From assembly GCF_000143415.4 (NCBI RefSeq), contig NW_003314276.1, positions 2,541,072-2,605,071 on the forward strand: a stretch of DNA of 64,000 nt. Direction: 5' to 3'. Below the pieces are notes generated by a model, which saw only the letters and a program-made list of their open reading frames with translations, was not told the DNA's origin and did not search any database. Origin of the DNA: Selaginella moellendorffii (lineage: Eukaryota > Plantae > Lycopodiophyta). The translations under genes were made by a program, and so were the position numbers. Within the stretch, counting starts at the first letter, position 1; each line of letters starts with the position of its first letter. Positions 22,621 to 36,423 of the stretch are shown here, one piece after another.

Positions 22621-24029
22621 AGTTTGCATGATATAGACAACCCTTCTCATCATATTCTCAAATAGTTCTAATAGTTCTATCTTTCTGTTCATCAAGCAAA
22701 ATTAAAGAACTTTAGAGTCTTTATCTATTGCTTATATGGAAACTTTGATTTTGCAATATTGTAAATCATATCATCTGGAGTTTTGTTCATTGCAAAAGTA
22801 ACATATGCATAATTGAGGAAAATGAAATGTGATAAGAAACTTACATTCATAAAAAGAAATTTCAACTATAATCTCTAGCCACTCCTTTAGCCTATGATTG
22901 TTTATAGTGCATATTAGTTTCTTCAACTTTGAAGACTTTGCATGCTAAATTTTGTGCTCAATTTATATAAACTCAACTAAGAGCTCTTCCCAACTCTTCT
23001 CCAGATATGCAAGTTCGTAAGCATCTTGCTTAACCTTCACCAAAGGCTAAAAAACAAAACAAAAAGAGAGGCCCTTATAAAGTGAAAGGGAAATATATAC
23101 CTTACACCACATATTGAGCATAAAACTAATTTGGTTGTTAAACTAGCCTTGCAATGAATATTGATATGTTTCTAGTCTCTTTTTGCAATCCAAGAACAAT
23201 AGAGATCATTATCGTCACACCCATGATTGTGAATAGCTAGGATTATATTTAGAGGAGGAAGTCTCTAGAATTTGATAACATACTTATCAGACATTCTAAG
23301 ACTTGACAACTTGTAGGGACAATACTCCAAATTATTAATGGTAACCACTGATATGGGGCTTAGATGAAGTGTATTAACGATTATTTTTGCGATGATCCCG
23401 TTTACCATATTAACATTCCAATCAGCCATGTCTACATGAGAGGACCTCTGGATATTAACAGACTTATCTTGGCTTACCAAAAGATCAATGCATAAGTTTT
23501 ATAATTTTACCTCTAACTCCATTTTAACTTGTTTTGTCATATTTAAATGCAAGCTTGGGCAGTTTACTATTCAAAAGCAAAACCTTATCCATGATATCTC
23601 AATTTTTGGTATACTTGAGTGAGGATGACATTTGCCAACATTATGGTAATGATCTCGCAACATTTGTTTGGCACTTATGCACTTGACATGATAGTACAAC
23701 TTATTCTGTTTGAACAAGTTGTATATTTCCAGATTGACATACTTAAATGCTATGCACACAAGGTTCATCTATTGCAAATAGCAGAAGGGGATTTCTTTGA
23801 TCAAATCACAAGGGCTTGGCCACTTGAGCGCTTCAAGTGTTTGGTGAATTACTTTTTCCCTTGTTTGCATAACAGTCTTTTGGAGGCGCTTGTCCACTAT
23901 GTTGTCAAGAAGGTCTGCAACTCTTTCAACTCTAGGCTTGTAACTCTTTCAGCTTTAGGCTGTTTCTCAAGTTCCTTATCATAAACATCACTAGATTGCC
24001 CAACTTCAAGGATTTGTGCTGGTAGTGGG

Positions 24030-24624
24030 TGTAAGCTTCTGAGTTTGGACTTTCCGGGATGTTACCCAACCCAGTACTATTCAAACCCAAGGACGCTTAA
24101 CCCCAAATATCCTAAGACCTTTAACCAATTGGGAAAGGGGGTGCACTTTCATTCATGGGCCCTTTCCCTTTATATTTGAACCCTTATGGATCGCCTCTCA
24201 AGTCGTTCTTTTTAGTTGTTTGCAATCCACCACACTTCCTTACAAGTTCACGCCCACGTGAACGAAAATTGAGAGCTGTAGCTCTCCTGAGAGCCTTGCT
24301 CTCTTCACACCCTACCCCTCAAGTCAAGCCTAGCCAGAGCATACTGGACCCATGCCAGATGTCAATCAACATGTGGTGTGATTCCCCTAGCCAGCCAACA
24401 GAGTCGGACTCGAGACCCTTCTGATACCAAATGTAAGCTTCTGAGTTTGGACTTCCTAGGAGGTCACCCAGCCCAAACTAATCAAACCCAAAGACGCTTA
24501 ACCCCAAATATCCCAAAACCCTTAACTGATTAGAAAAGGGGTGCACTTTTATTCATAGGCCCTTTCCCTTTATATTTGAACTTTTATGGATTGCCTCTTG
24601 AGTCATTTTCTTTAGTTGCTTACA
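24030..24624 (-). mobile_element. TRIM family D copy 1 (595 bp)
   Basis: LTRs 24030-24224 and 24432-24624; TSD GTGGG; Met PBS TGGTATCAGA on the minus strand; non-coding core. Confidence 0.92.
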
Positions 24625-24644
24625 GTGGGACAGTGAAGAGTAAA

Positions 24645-24802
24645 GGTGGAAGTGGCAGTGGTGATGGTGGGGGTGGTGGTGGTGGCGGCAGAAGCAGAGG
24701 CAATAGTGGTAGTGGTGGTGGTGATGGCAATGGTGGTGGTGGAGGTGGTGATGGTGGTGGTGGAGATGGTGATAGTGGAGGCGATGGTGGTGGAGGTAGT
24801 GG
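24645..24802. repeat. (GGT)n-rich low-complexity tract; poly-Pro on the minus strand
   Basis: Visible trinucleotide repeat. Confidence 0.85.
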
Positions 24803-25451
24803 ATCTCTAAGCAATTGTGTCTATATTGATGTGTCAATGGACATGTCAATTGTAATGTCATCATTAGTGCTAAATTGAACTTCTTGTGTTTTCTTGGCTT
24901 TGTCATTCAAATAACCTCAGCCCCATGGGCGGCCAAAGTGCCTGAGATGGCTGGCCTGAGCTCCACATCAAGCACTTCGGCTGCTCAAGGGGATGAGGTT
25001 ATTCAAATAACCTTGGCCCCTCGAGCAGCCAAAGTGCTCGAGGTGGCCGGCTTGAGCTCAACCTTAGGCAGTTTGGCTGCCTGAGGGGCCGAGGTTATTC
25101 AAATAACCTCGGCCCCTCGGGTGGCCAAACTGCCTAAGGTGGCTAGCTTGAGCTTAACCTCTGGCAGTTTGGCTCCCCGAGGGGCCGAGGTTATTCAAAT
25201 AACCTCGGCCCCTCGGGTGGCCAAACTGCCTGAGGTGGCCAGCCTAAGCTCAACCTCTAGCACTTTGGCTGCCCGAGGGGCCAAGGTCATTCAAATAACC
25301 TCAACCCCTCAAGTGGCCAAAGTGAATGAGGTGGCCAACCCAAGCTCAACCTTGGGCACTTTGGCTGCCAGAGGGGTTAAGTTTATTCAAATAACCTTGG
25401 CCCCTCAGGCAGCCAGAGTGCCTAAGGTGGCTGGCCCCAACTCGACCTTAG

Positions 25452-28400
25452 TGTCAAGACCCCCAACAAGATCAAGACTGGAAAATCCAAAAGACAAAGA
25501 GAAAAGCTAGTGGAAACAAAGAAAAGGCCTTAGACTGGTGTTGATTCAGATTGTGGAGAAATGGAACAAGGCTAATCTATATATACTATAGGTTGATGAA
25601 GCTCCACCACTCTTGGATCGAGGACAGCCTAAATATAGCTGAGGTCGAGGAGGTGCCACATCATCATCAGGAATGTGGCTCAAGACTCAGGAATCATATA
25701 GGAAATCAGAGAGTCAGGAATAGGGAAGAGTCTCGAGAGTCAGGAATAGGGAAGTGTCTCGAGAATCAGGAATGTGGTCTACAAGTCAGGAATCCAGCAA
25801 GATTCAGGAATGTGGTATGAATTGGGGGATTCCTGACAGCACCCCCTCCTCAAGAACGAGTGGAACGAGGACGTGAATGAGAACGAAGAGGAGGATGAGA
25901 TGGGTAGCGAGGGATGGGAGATGGAGAAAAAGAATGAGGACTGGGATGAGAAGGATAGCGGCAGTGGAAGTCCTGAACAAGGTCAAGAGAATGAATCAGG
26001 TTGTCCGCAGGTTCTCAAGTGTGTTTTTCAAGTCCATAACCCTTCCAGTCGACCAGATAGTAGAGTTTAGACCATGAGATCTTGGAATCAAGGATGTCTT
26101 GAACCTCGTACTCAGACCCATCCTCGAGATACACTGGTGGAGCCGATTTGGAATAGGACTGGGAATATAAGGCTCAAGAAGAGAGGAGTGAAAAACGAGG
26201 TGAATTTGATAGGAGGAGGGAAGTGCAAGGTGATAAGTAACAGGATTAATGATAGTAGTGATAGGGAAAGGACCGAGGCATTTGAAATCGAGTTTGGGAC
26301 ATGGCTTAGTGGTGGAGATGTTTCGCCTGAGGAGCCAGACTTTATCCCCAATATTGTAAGGGGGACAATCCTGATGATGGGCATTGGAAAATGTTTTGTG
26401 AGATTCCTGAGCACGATAGAGGTGGAAGGAGATGGAGTTGTGGATTTCCTGGAGGTTGGAGACAAATGTCTCAGAGCAGGGATTTGAATGAGAGGATTCG
26501 GATGGAGAAGGAAGTGAGAGATTGAATCGGGGATTTCGGCCAGAGTTTGCAAAGAAGGGGGAAACTCGAAGAGAGGAGTGAACAAAGTTGTTATAGGAGA
26601 ACTCCGCAAGGGGAAGGATATCGGACTAGTCATCCTGATGATAGTTGATGAAGCACCTCAAGAATTATTCTAACGTCTGAATCGTTCGTTCGGACTATCC
26701 ATCAGTTTGAGGATGATACGCCGAAGAGAGGTTGGCCTTCACTCCAAGCAGTTGCAAAAACCATTGCCAGAAATGAGAGATGAACTGAGGTCCCCAATCC
26801 AAAACCACATCTGCAGGAATTCCATGAAGTCGGAAAATTTCTCTGAATACCAGTTTTGCCATGTCCTCGCCCGAATACTCCTTGGTACACGGCAGGAAGT
26901 GCGCCATCTTTGTGAAGCGATCCACCACGACTAAAATGCTGTTGAAGCCTCCAGAACTGGGAAGATCACTCAAGAAATCCATGGAGATGGATTCCCAAGG
27001 ACCTGAAGGGACCGGGAGGGAATGAAGCAAACCTAAAGGAAGGTGGCGAGGTACCTTATTTCAAGCACAAGTGTCACAGGAGGTAACAAAAGTTTTGATG
27101 TAGTCATCCATGTAAGGCCACTAAAAGTCCCGTGTAACCAGCTCATAGGTCTTTGCAATGCCGAAGTGACCAGCAGTCAGGCTATCGTGGCACGCCATCA
27201 GGACCAACCTTCGAGCATCACCTTTAGGAACTTAAACCTGCTCCCCACGGTACAACAAACCATCTAAGAACTTGAACTCATCAAATCGCCGGCAGTCAAG
27301 AGTCACTGGGTGTCTAGCCTGAAGATGGGGGAAAATGTCACTGGCAAGGTCATCGGATTGAAGATCGTTTCTGATCACATCCATCAAGGAGGAGTCCTGA
27401 GGGGCCAAAGAAATTGCCATAACTTGAAGCCGATCAGGACCAAGGATAACTTGATCCTATTGATCAAAGGCAGGATTACCAGGCTTGAGACTAAGATAGG
27501 AGTGCCTTGAAAGAGCATCAAGAAGGCCTTGAAGCTTTCCAGGTCTGTACTTGATAACAAAATCAAACTGACTCAGGAGTTGTGCCCACCTTGCTTGATG
27601 ACGGCTCAAAACTCGGGAAATGGCAAAGTACTCGAGATTTTTATGATCCGTCTAGATTGTTTTTTGATGGCCCGCCCCCTCCAAGAAATGGTGCCACTCT
27701 CCAAAGGAATCCACGATGGCAAAGAGCTCCTTGTCGTGGATTTCGTAATTGATCTCCGCAGGCTGGAATTTCCGAGAATGGAAAGCGACCGGATGAAGTT
27801 CATGATCCGCTCTGAGTTGAGACAGCACAGCACCAATGGCAAAGTCAAAGGTGTCAGCCTCGATGAAGAAAGGTTGTGAGGGATTAGCGTGGATCAAGAC
27901 GGGAGCAGAGCTGAAGGCCGTCTTGAGTGTGCCGAAGGCCTGCTAGGCAGCAGCAGATCAAGAGAAGGGAACATCCTTGCGAGTGAGATGCGTGAGAGGA
28001 AGGACAATGTCAGAGTAGTGATCAATGAATTTGTGGTAGAAGTTAGCGAAGCCAAGGAAAACCTGAACGTCCGACATTGATTGTGGAGGCTCCCATTCGA
28101 GAATAGTCTTGACTTTGGCAGGATCCATCTTGATACTCTCAGGAGTGACAATGTACCCAAGGAACTCCATAGACTGCTAATTGAAGGAACATTTCTCAAG
28201 CTTCACGTATAGGCCGTGTTCTCACAGCTTCGCCAACACCTTGCGTACATGTTCATCGTGCTCCTCCTGAGTTTTTGAGTAGATGAGGATGTTATCGAGG
28301 TAAACGATCACCATCTGATCAAGAAACTCCCGAAAGACATCGTTTGCCATGTGTTGGAAAACTGCTGGAGCATTTGTCAAGCCAAATGGCATGACAGTGT

Positions 28401-31040
28401 ACTCGAAGTGGCCATAGGGGTTTGGAATGCAGTCTTCCATTCATCACAAGACCAGATCCAGATCAGGTTGTATGCTCCACGGAGGTCGATCTTGGTGAAG
28501 AAGCGGGCACTGCCGAGGCATTCCAACAGGTCCGAGATTAGGGGCAGTGGATAACGGTTTCGAATAGTCACCTTTTTCAAACCTTGGTAGTCGATGACTA
28601 GCCGCAAACTCCCATCCTTCTTCTTGACAAAGAAGACAGGCACTCCAGCTAGGGACTGTGAATGCTGAATGTACCCCGAGGCAAGGTTCTCATCCATGTA
28701 CTCTTTAAGGGCCTTAAGCTCGGACGGGGACAACCCGTAGATAGGCCCCCACGGAGGTGACGCTCCTTCCTGTAAATCAATGGGACAGTCATAAGGCCGA
28801 TGAATAGGCAGCACACTAGCTTTTTTCTTGTCAAACACATCCCCAAAATCATGATACTTCTCAAGAAGACTGACAGGAGAAACATGCAAAGCAAAAAGGA
28901 AAATAGGTTCTTCATGAAGGAGTTCTTTCATAGTGATTGTGGAGATAGGAGGAGGCGTATGACTAAATGGAATGATGAGACAAGGATACTATCTAGTGTA
29001 AGATGGAAGAGAGGAAAAAGAAGAGGGTGAAAATTTCGTAGAGTCAAGAACGGAACCCCGATTTGAGTTTAGGGAACTTTTCCTGATTCGGACTCGATGA
29101 ACAGCAGGGGAAGCCGTGGGAGATGGTGATGTGGGAGAGATGAGCTGTAATTCCTTTCCATCAGATCTGAGGCTGATATAGTTGGAACCATGGAAGACCG
29201 AGCACCACAGAGGAGGACTTGCTGTTGATGATGTTGAAGGCGATATCGGTGACGGTGGACTCGATGTGTACTTGAACGGGCAACGTTTCCCTAAGTCAAA
29301 AAGATGGAGACACAAAATGCCCGCCGATGCCTTCAACCCTCAGATCCCGTATGGTAGAAGAAAGAGGAATGTGATGTCGGGCAGCAAAGTCTGTGTCCAT
29401 GAAATAGGAAATTTCACCCGAGTCCAGTAGTGCCAGTGCCTTGAGTCCTAATTGTCAGGTGAAAGAAAGGAGACATGGGACGTGGAAGTTGCGGGAATTG
29501 GTGGTGGCTTTGATGAAAGGTGGTGAGGAGCTTGATAAAGAAGAAAAATGATTTTTATTCGAGGAGTCCAAACAGACAGCTCCTACTCTGTTTGGACAGG
29601 GTCGTTTCCCGACTGCAACAAAGGTGGATTTTGAGGCAGAGTGAACTTGAGCAGTCGGGGAGGCTTCTTGGGACACATAGCTGCTTTGTGATTAGGAACA
29701 GCACAGTAGAGGCAAAGATTATGAGATATTCGATGTTGCTTCTTAGCAGGACTCAAGTTCCCTTTGATGAGTCGGGGAGTACCAGAAATATCCATCGGGA
29801 CCGGAGCAGTAGGTTTAGAAGTATGCCCCGAAGACTCAAGCTGGGATTCCTGAGTTTGGGACGGAAAAATAGCGGTGCGGCGACTTTCCTAATGATGCTC
29901 AAAGAGACGATTGTCACATCGAACAGCTTTGTTGATGGCGTCCGACAGGTCCTTCGGATCCTCCATGGTGAGCAACAAATCCTTGACACCGTTGTTGAGG
30001 TTGAAACGAAATTGGTCAATCAGGGCCCGCTCATCCCACTGAGTGTCCAAGGCAAGGAGTTGGAACTCTGCAATGTAGATCGAGGCAGGACGAGACCCCT
30101 GAGAGAGATGTCTGATCTTTGTGGTAGCAGCCCAAACCCGATCCGTCTTGCCAAAACATGCTTCGAGCTTCTCTTTGAACAATTGAAGATCCATCAGCTC
30201 TGAAACCACGACCCCTTTCATGCTCTTCTCCAGAAGAGGAGAAAACCATGACAAAGCTGCACCTTCAAGTAGCGTCCCAATTGCGCCGATTTGAGACTCG
30301 GGAGTGGGGTACCGCTGATGTTGAAGTGCAAAGATCAGCTCCATCTGGTTTAGGAATCCGCAAAGCTCCGAACGCTTGCCTGAAAATTTCACTGGGAAAC
30401 TCACCTTCGGTTCAGGAACTTTGCTGGATCCTTGAGCCGAAAGTGAAGCAAGCTCCTGCTGCATGCGAAGAAGGGTCACCTTCAGCTCGATATTCTCAGA
30501 CTGGATTTTTGCAAGGACTTTGGCAAAGAAATCAGGATGGCTTGGAGACTCCATTGGCAGAAAGAAAGAAAAGGGGGCAAAAAGGCAAAGACATTCAAAC
30601 AATAAAAAATGAGCTAAAGGAAAAAAAATGAAAAAAAACAATCTGAATCAAACTGTCAAGACCCCCAACAAGATCAAGACTGGAAAATGCAAAAGACAAA
30701 GAGAAAACCTAGTGGAAACAAAGAAGAGGCCTTAGGCTAGTGTTGATTCAGATTGTGGAGAAATAGAACAAGGTTAACCTATATATACTATAGGTTGATG
30801 AAGCTCCACCACTCTTGGATCGAGGATGGCCTAAATATAGTTGAGGTCGAGGAGGTGCCACATCATCATCAGGAATGTGGCTCAAGACTTAGGAATCATA
30901 TAGGAAATTAGAGAGTCAGGAATAGGGAAGAGTCTCGAGAGCCAGGAATAGAGAAGTGTCTCGAGAATCAGGAATGTGGTCTGTAGGTCAAGAATCTAGC
31001 AAGATTTTGGAATGTGGTATGAATTGGGGGATTCCTGACA
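25452..31040 (-). mobile_element. Family B copy 2, full length but decayed
   Basis: 387-bp LTRs 25452-25838 and 30654-31040 (about 22 differences); TSD CTTAG; self-priming PBS at 30638-30651. Confidence 0.96.
25850..30554 (-). pseudogene. B2 gag-pol with many stops and frameshifts
   Basis: Collinear with 7754-12456; slippery site at 29604-29610 and pseudoknot stems retained. Confidence 0.92.
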
Positions 31041-31484
31041 CTTAGGTGGTTTGACTGCCCTAGGGGCTGAGGTTATTTAAATAACCTTGGCCCCTCGGGT
31101 GGCCAAAATGCCCGAGATGGCTGGCCCCAACTTGACCTTAGGTGGTTTGCCTACCCTAGGGGTAGAGGTTATTTAAATAACCTTGGCCCCTTAGGTGGCT
31201 AAAATGCTTTAGGTGGCTGGCCCCAACTGGACCTTAGGTGATTTGCCTGTCCTAGGGGCTGAGGTTATTTAAATAACCTTAGCCTCTCGAGTGGCCAAAG
31301 TGCCTGAGGTTGAGCTCAGGCCAACGACAAAAGGTGATAGAAGCAAGAAGAAAAAAACATGGAAGCAATCAAATCAAAACTCACTCTTGGTGGATTTCTT
31401 GCACTCTCTCACTCTCCTACTCTCAATCTCAACTCATGTTCACACTAGTGCATTCAAGCTCTTGCATTCTCCTGCACTTGATCT

Positions 31485-31775
31485 CTCCCACTTGTGTGCT
31501 CAATCTCTCAATCTCTTACACACTCAATCCCTTAATCTCTTGCATGCTCAATCACTCGATTTCTTGATTAATCACTCAATCTCTTGTGCACTCAATCGCT
31601 CAATCTCTTGCATGCTCAATCGCTCGATCTCTTGCGCACTTAATCGCTCCATCTCTTGCACGCTCAATCGCTCGATCTCTTGTGTGCTCAATCCCTCGAT
31701 CTCTTGTGTGCTCAATCCCTTGATCTCCTTCATGCTCAATCCCTCGATCTCCTTCGTGCTCAATCCCTCGATCTT
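31485..31775. repeat. 24-nt tandem array (about 12 units); IE(R/G)LSxQE repeats on the minus strand
   Basis: TCTCTTGTGTGCTCAATCCCTCGA periodicity; ORF 31572-31799. Confidence 0.88.
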
Positions 31776-34700
31776 TCGTGCACTCCACTCACGGCACAAA
31801 CAATAACTTAATCTTCTAACCCTAATTCTGATGGCTGCCTAACCCTAACCAATCTCTCATCTTGGCCATTCATTCTGAATAACCAAATCTCAACCATCAC
31901 AATATCTTTGATCTTATTTTATCTTATCATTATTATTATGTATGAATTATGGTTCTTTATTTTGTATATTTTAATGATGATAACTAGCATCTATCAATGT
32001 TTCTGTTATTAGTGATATGATATTATTTTCTCCAAATTATCTAGAAAGGATGCATTCTCATCAATATTTTGTACATGTTTTGGAATCATTACAAGAACTT
32101 TAAAGAGTATAAATAAGGCATGTTAAAATATATTGTACTATATTCCTCTATGAATGGATGAATCCTCATCCAGAAATTTATTTTGTGTTGTATTAAATCC
32201 TAAACAATAGACACGTGCTTTAAATGTCAGTGAGTAGTGTTGACAATTATGGATAAAACTCAAGTTGGACTACGAATCAAATTTGTCATTAAAGAATAAG
32301 ATTTGATAAGAATTATCATCATCTACCACTTAAGATTTGACAACTTGACATATCACATGTGTTGACAATCAGATTGAATCTCTTGGATTGACACGCTATA
32401 ATAGAATGTCATTACTGATATCATTATTAACTATCAAACTTCAAGTGCTGAAAATTTTCCTTGGATCTATATGTATACATGCATCAAACATCATAATAGA
32501 TGACAGTAATTTTAATATTGTCACACTTGCACATGTTAAATTTGCTATAGAATTTAAATTTATTTTGTACATTATTGACATTCTTCTTATTGCTCTATTT
32601 AAATTTCAATTATGTTTCACTATGGATCTTTACAAGTAGCATAAAGAGAAAGAACTCAAAAACCTATTGAGAAGGATGAAGAGGTTTCTTCTTCATTTTT
32701 GAGATCACCCACCTCTTTTATTCTCTCAGAGTATTATTTCTGAAAGTTTTTTATGTTAGTATTTTGATCTTTGTCTTGGCTCTATTTCTTTAAAGGCTGT
32801 GATTCCCAATGACACTAATATAGTTACATGCTCAGATTTTCTTCTTTCTGGTGTGGGCGAAGGTGAACAGTAATGGGATTTATAGAATTCTAAGTCAAAA
32901 AAGATTCAATTTTTTGGATCTCTAGTCAAAGTGCCAAAATGCATTCCATCCAAAGTAAATGTGAAGCAAGAGTTAATTATTATCCTCTCATCCTCTTTCA
33001 GTTTAAGTGGAGAAGTCATGCTAGTATCGGTGTTGAATTCACCAACTCCAGCTCTAGCTTCAGCTTCAACAATATTCAAAGCTACTAGCAATGTTTTTCA
33101 GTTTTTACGCCTCTCAATTGATGTGCACTTGTTTTTGTATAGCCTCATGAGCGAGCTTCCATCCTCGTACAACGATAATAACCTTGTTTTCTTCGAGCTA
33201 CCACCTCTTGTTAGCAACACAGGTTCCAAATGAAAGGGGATGGAAACTAAGCAGAATATCCATAATTGGTGCAAGATCAAAATCGCACACTTTCAACATT
33301 TGGAAGGCATAATGTCTATAGATCATTGTGGTGGGCATTTAGATTGTGTGGATGAAGCATGCAATTAAGACTATTGTAGAATATTTTTCGAAGGGTCTAC
33401 AGTCAATCCTCTAACTTGTGATACCATTCCTATTGGATTTAAGTGTTGATTTTGCAAAAACACTCCTCTATATCATGATATCTAGGAGGCCAAGATGTAC
33501 TACTTTCTTCCACAAGATGGAGTGGCTGGAAGAGTTATAGTGCATGTTAGCATACATATGCATCCAATGTAGGAAGGGATACAATGGAGTTCTCTCAACT
33601 GTTTCAAAGATGCTGTGTAGGAAGAGAGTATAAGAAACTCATTTGTAACTCCAAAGCATGCTCAAAAGACCGTCTTCAAGGATTTTATTGCAAACACCCT
33701 ACTTAATCCGGCTTACCAAAAGACTCAACTAAACAAGGCTAGCTTGCGGGACTTACTATGAAGAGTACAACTTGCTAGTAGCCTAAGGAGGTACATTCGT
33801 TATATTTCATACATTATAATAATATCTTTTTTTACATTATATTATTTAGGATAAAATCTTGGATGTGTGAATCTTGAGAGGGGAAGTTGTAATAAAAAAT
33901 TGACTCCATCCTTGAATTGAAATGGACCTGTCCATATAAGTTTATATATGAAAGTTTATTTTCAGACTAAGTTGTGAATGAGCAAGAGTGCCCCTTTGTT
34001 TTCAAAATGTTTACCATATGCCTTGCTTATAGTGTAAATCTTGTCTCCCAAATGAATATATTTGGGTCTAGTGACCTTGCAAATGCATGGGTACATTTTA
34101 ACCATATGGAGTGTATATCAAGTTGGACAACTATGAGAGCTCATGTGTATGATCCAAGGTAATATTTATTCTTATTATATTGAAGTTGTTGTAATATTTG
34201 TGTTTTTATAGACTATATTGTAACTTGACAATTGTGACAATAGAGTTTAAAGTACAAGACTAGACAACCCAGGAAATATTTTGGAAGTCCCTCTCCGATA
34301 TTGTCTTAAAGCGGACTGGTAATCCTACAAACTTTCGCAGTTTCATGGCAAATGGGGCTAATGCAAATTGGAATGGTGTCCAAGTAATTTTTGGGAATGG
34401 TTAGGCATTGGAAGGTTGTGAGAGGACTTGTAAGTTCCATTGGGCTCAAAACCTAAACTAGCACTACCACTTTATCAAGCCAGAGTTTCAATCAATGTTT
34501 AAGGAGTTGTGCAAACAATGTCAAGTTGCACCTTTTGAAGAAGAGTATAAGGCAAAAGCAAATGAGATCCAAATGTGGTGGCATGAAGATGGCCATACGG
34601 ATGTAAGCTGTTTATCACAACTTGAGTCGTTGTTAGGGTGGTGGGAAGTTAAGATGTTCCAGTAGGGACATCACTCTTTTCAGGTTGGTTTCTATTTTTT

Positions 34701-35454
34701 CTTCTCATTTTATTGCCTCTTAATATTGCTTTTTCCATTAGGATCAACCACTTGAGAACCTCACATACACCCCAATTGTGAATCTCTCTGAAAGTAAGCA
34801 CTTGAGTCGACGTTCCTCTGAGGCAGGGAAAGGGAAGATGAGTCTATATGAAGCTTGTTTATCAAATTTGATATGTGCTATAGAGCAATCTTCAAAAGTG
34901 TTGGCATTCAAGGAAGGAAAATACATAGGAATAGAGCCTTCTGTGAGATGTTACATGATAGGATGAAGAAAAAATTAACTCCACCCGCCCGAATAATGGC
35001 AAATGTAGTTGAGAAAATGGTCCATGACACATCTATGGAGTACACTCCTAGAGAGGTACATGCATTTTGCATCGTGATTTTTGCACAAAGGCATTTCCTG
35101 AGTTAGGAATTGAGATTAGGATTTCTCCCGGTCTAAATTCTTGACTTGGATGACTAGGCATGTAGTGGTTATATAGGCTGGTGATAGCACGCCAGACATA
35201 TCCCCTTTCTGTCTTTTATATCCTTGGCTATAATAACATACACTCCACTTGCTCAACATCTACTCTTCTCTTCCATGCCTATCTTACTCATTGCCTTCTG
35301 GGGATCAAGGCTATGAGATGTGCATCAATCTCAGCATTAACATCTTTGCAACAACACATGGCTAAGTATTTCTTTCCTTTTTATGTTTGGATCTAGTTTA
35401 GATTAGAAAGGATTCACAAGATCATTGTAGAGGTGATTTTGTAATTATCCACTT

Positions 35455-35471
35455 TGGCGACCACGGTGGGA
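35455..35471 (+). promoter_or_regulatory. PBS of element C, probably tRNA-Arg
   Basis: TGGCGACCACGGTGGGA 3 nt after the LTR; resembles the complement of a plant tRNA-Arg(UCG) 3' end (from memory). Confidence 0.7.
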
Positions 35472-36423
35472 TAGGCGAAGTGAAGAGCACCCAAAGAACA
35501 AATACTGGAAGCCTTAGCCACAACTAAAATAAGAAGCCAAAGTCACGAATCAAGGGAAAAGTCAAAAAGAGACAAAAATCTACAGCAAGAAGCATGGCAA
35601 ACATGCTAGAGACCAAGCGCTTGAAGACTACGATTATCTAATGATCGCCCACTTCTTAGAAAGTCCAAGCATCTTCCATAACTGCCTCTTGGCGAGAGGT
35701 TGACGACGAAGAATATTCTGTGCATCAGAATATTTGAAGAATCTCCGATAAGAAATCAGAGCAAGCAAGTGTTAACGAGCATGAAAACATGAAGAACACT
35801 TGAAGATTGAAGCCACCCAAGTCGTGAAAGACTTGGAGTGTGAGCGAAATTGTTTAGCGAGAGGTTGAAGAAAACAAATATTTCAAGAATCAACGACAAG
35901 GAAACGACCAAAGAAAAATTCTAGTGGCTAGCGATGGAGGAAAAATGAAAAAAACACGACTGCCCATTTGGAGATACAAGTTGTACAAGATATGAGGATT
36001 GCCTTTTGTGTGGTTTCAGAAATTGTGCAAAACCATACAAGCAATGCTATCCAAAATGGCGATGTAACACTTGCAAGCAAGTGAAAAAAAGACTCTGAAT
36101 CAGGGATGAAAGTGCTACAATAGAAGAGAGAAAGAAATGGGAAGAAATAGCCCAAGAAGATGACACTAAAAAGAGTAACGATAGTTTAGAAAAAGAAGAG
36201 AAACAAAGCTTTGGTTGCTTTCAAAAACTTCAAGAAACACTTTTGCGACTCTTTTACAAATTGTCTAGCAAATAGGAATGAAGAAATGTTGAAAGAAAAA
36301 CATGTTTACTTCGATTTCTTTACAACTCAAAGAACCCTGACTTGGGTGTATTGTGGACACATCTTTCAATAGACAATTATCGAATTCCTAGGCATATATA
36401 AACGTGAAACTTTTCAACCATTA

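Larger units (their letters stand above)
24896..31322. repeat. 96-nt palindromic tandem array (about 9 units; 24896-25451 and 31046-31322), split by B2
   Basis: ATT(C/T)AAATAACC recurs about every 96 nt; each unit has a ~30-bp inverted repeat. Confidence 0.9.

Noticed and set aside
24553-24906. His-rich, Gly-rich or extensin-like host gene
   Set aside because: Alternative frames of a (GGT)n tract abutting a TRIM; no independent gene structure
24896-25451. CRISPR-like appearance of regularly spaced palindromes
   Set aside because: The spacers are themselves repeated, the unit is 96 nt, there are no cas genes and the context is eukaryotic
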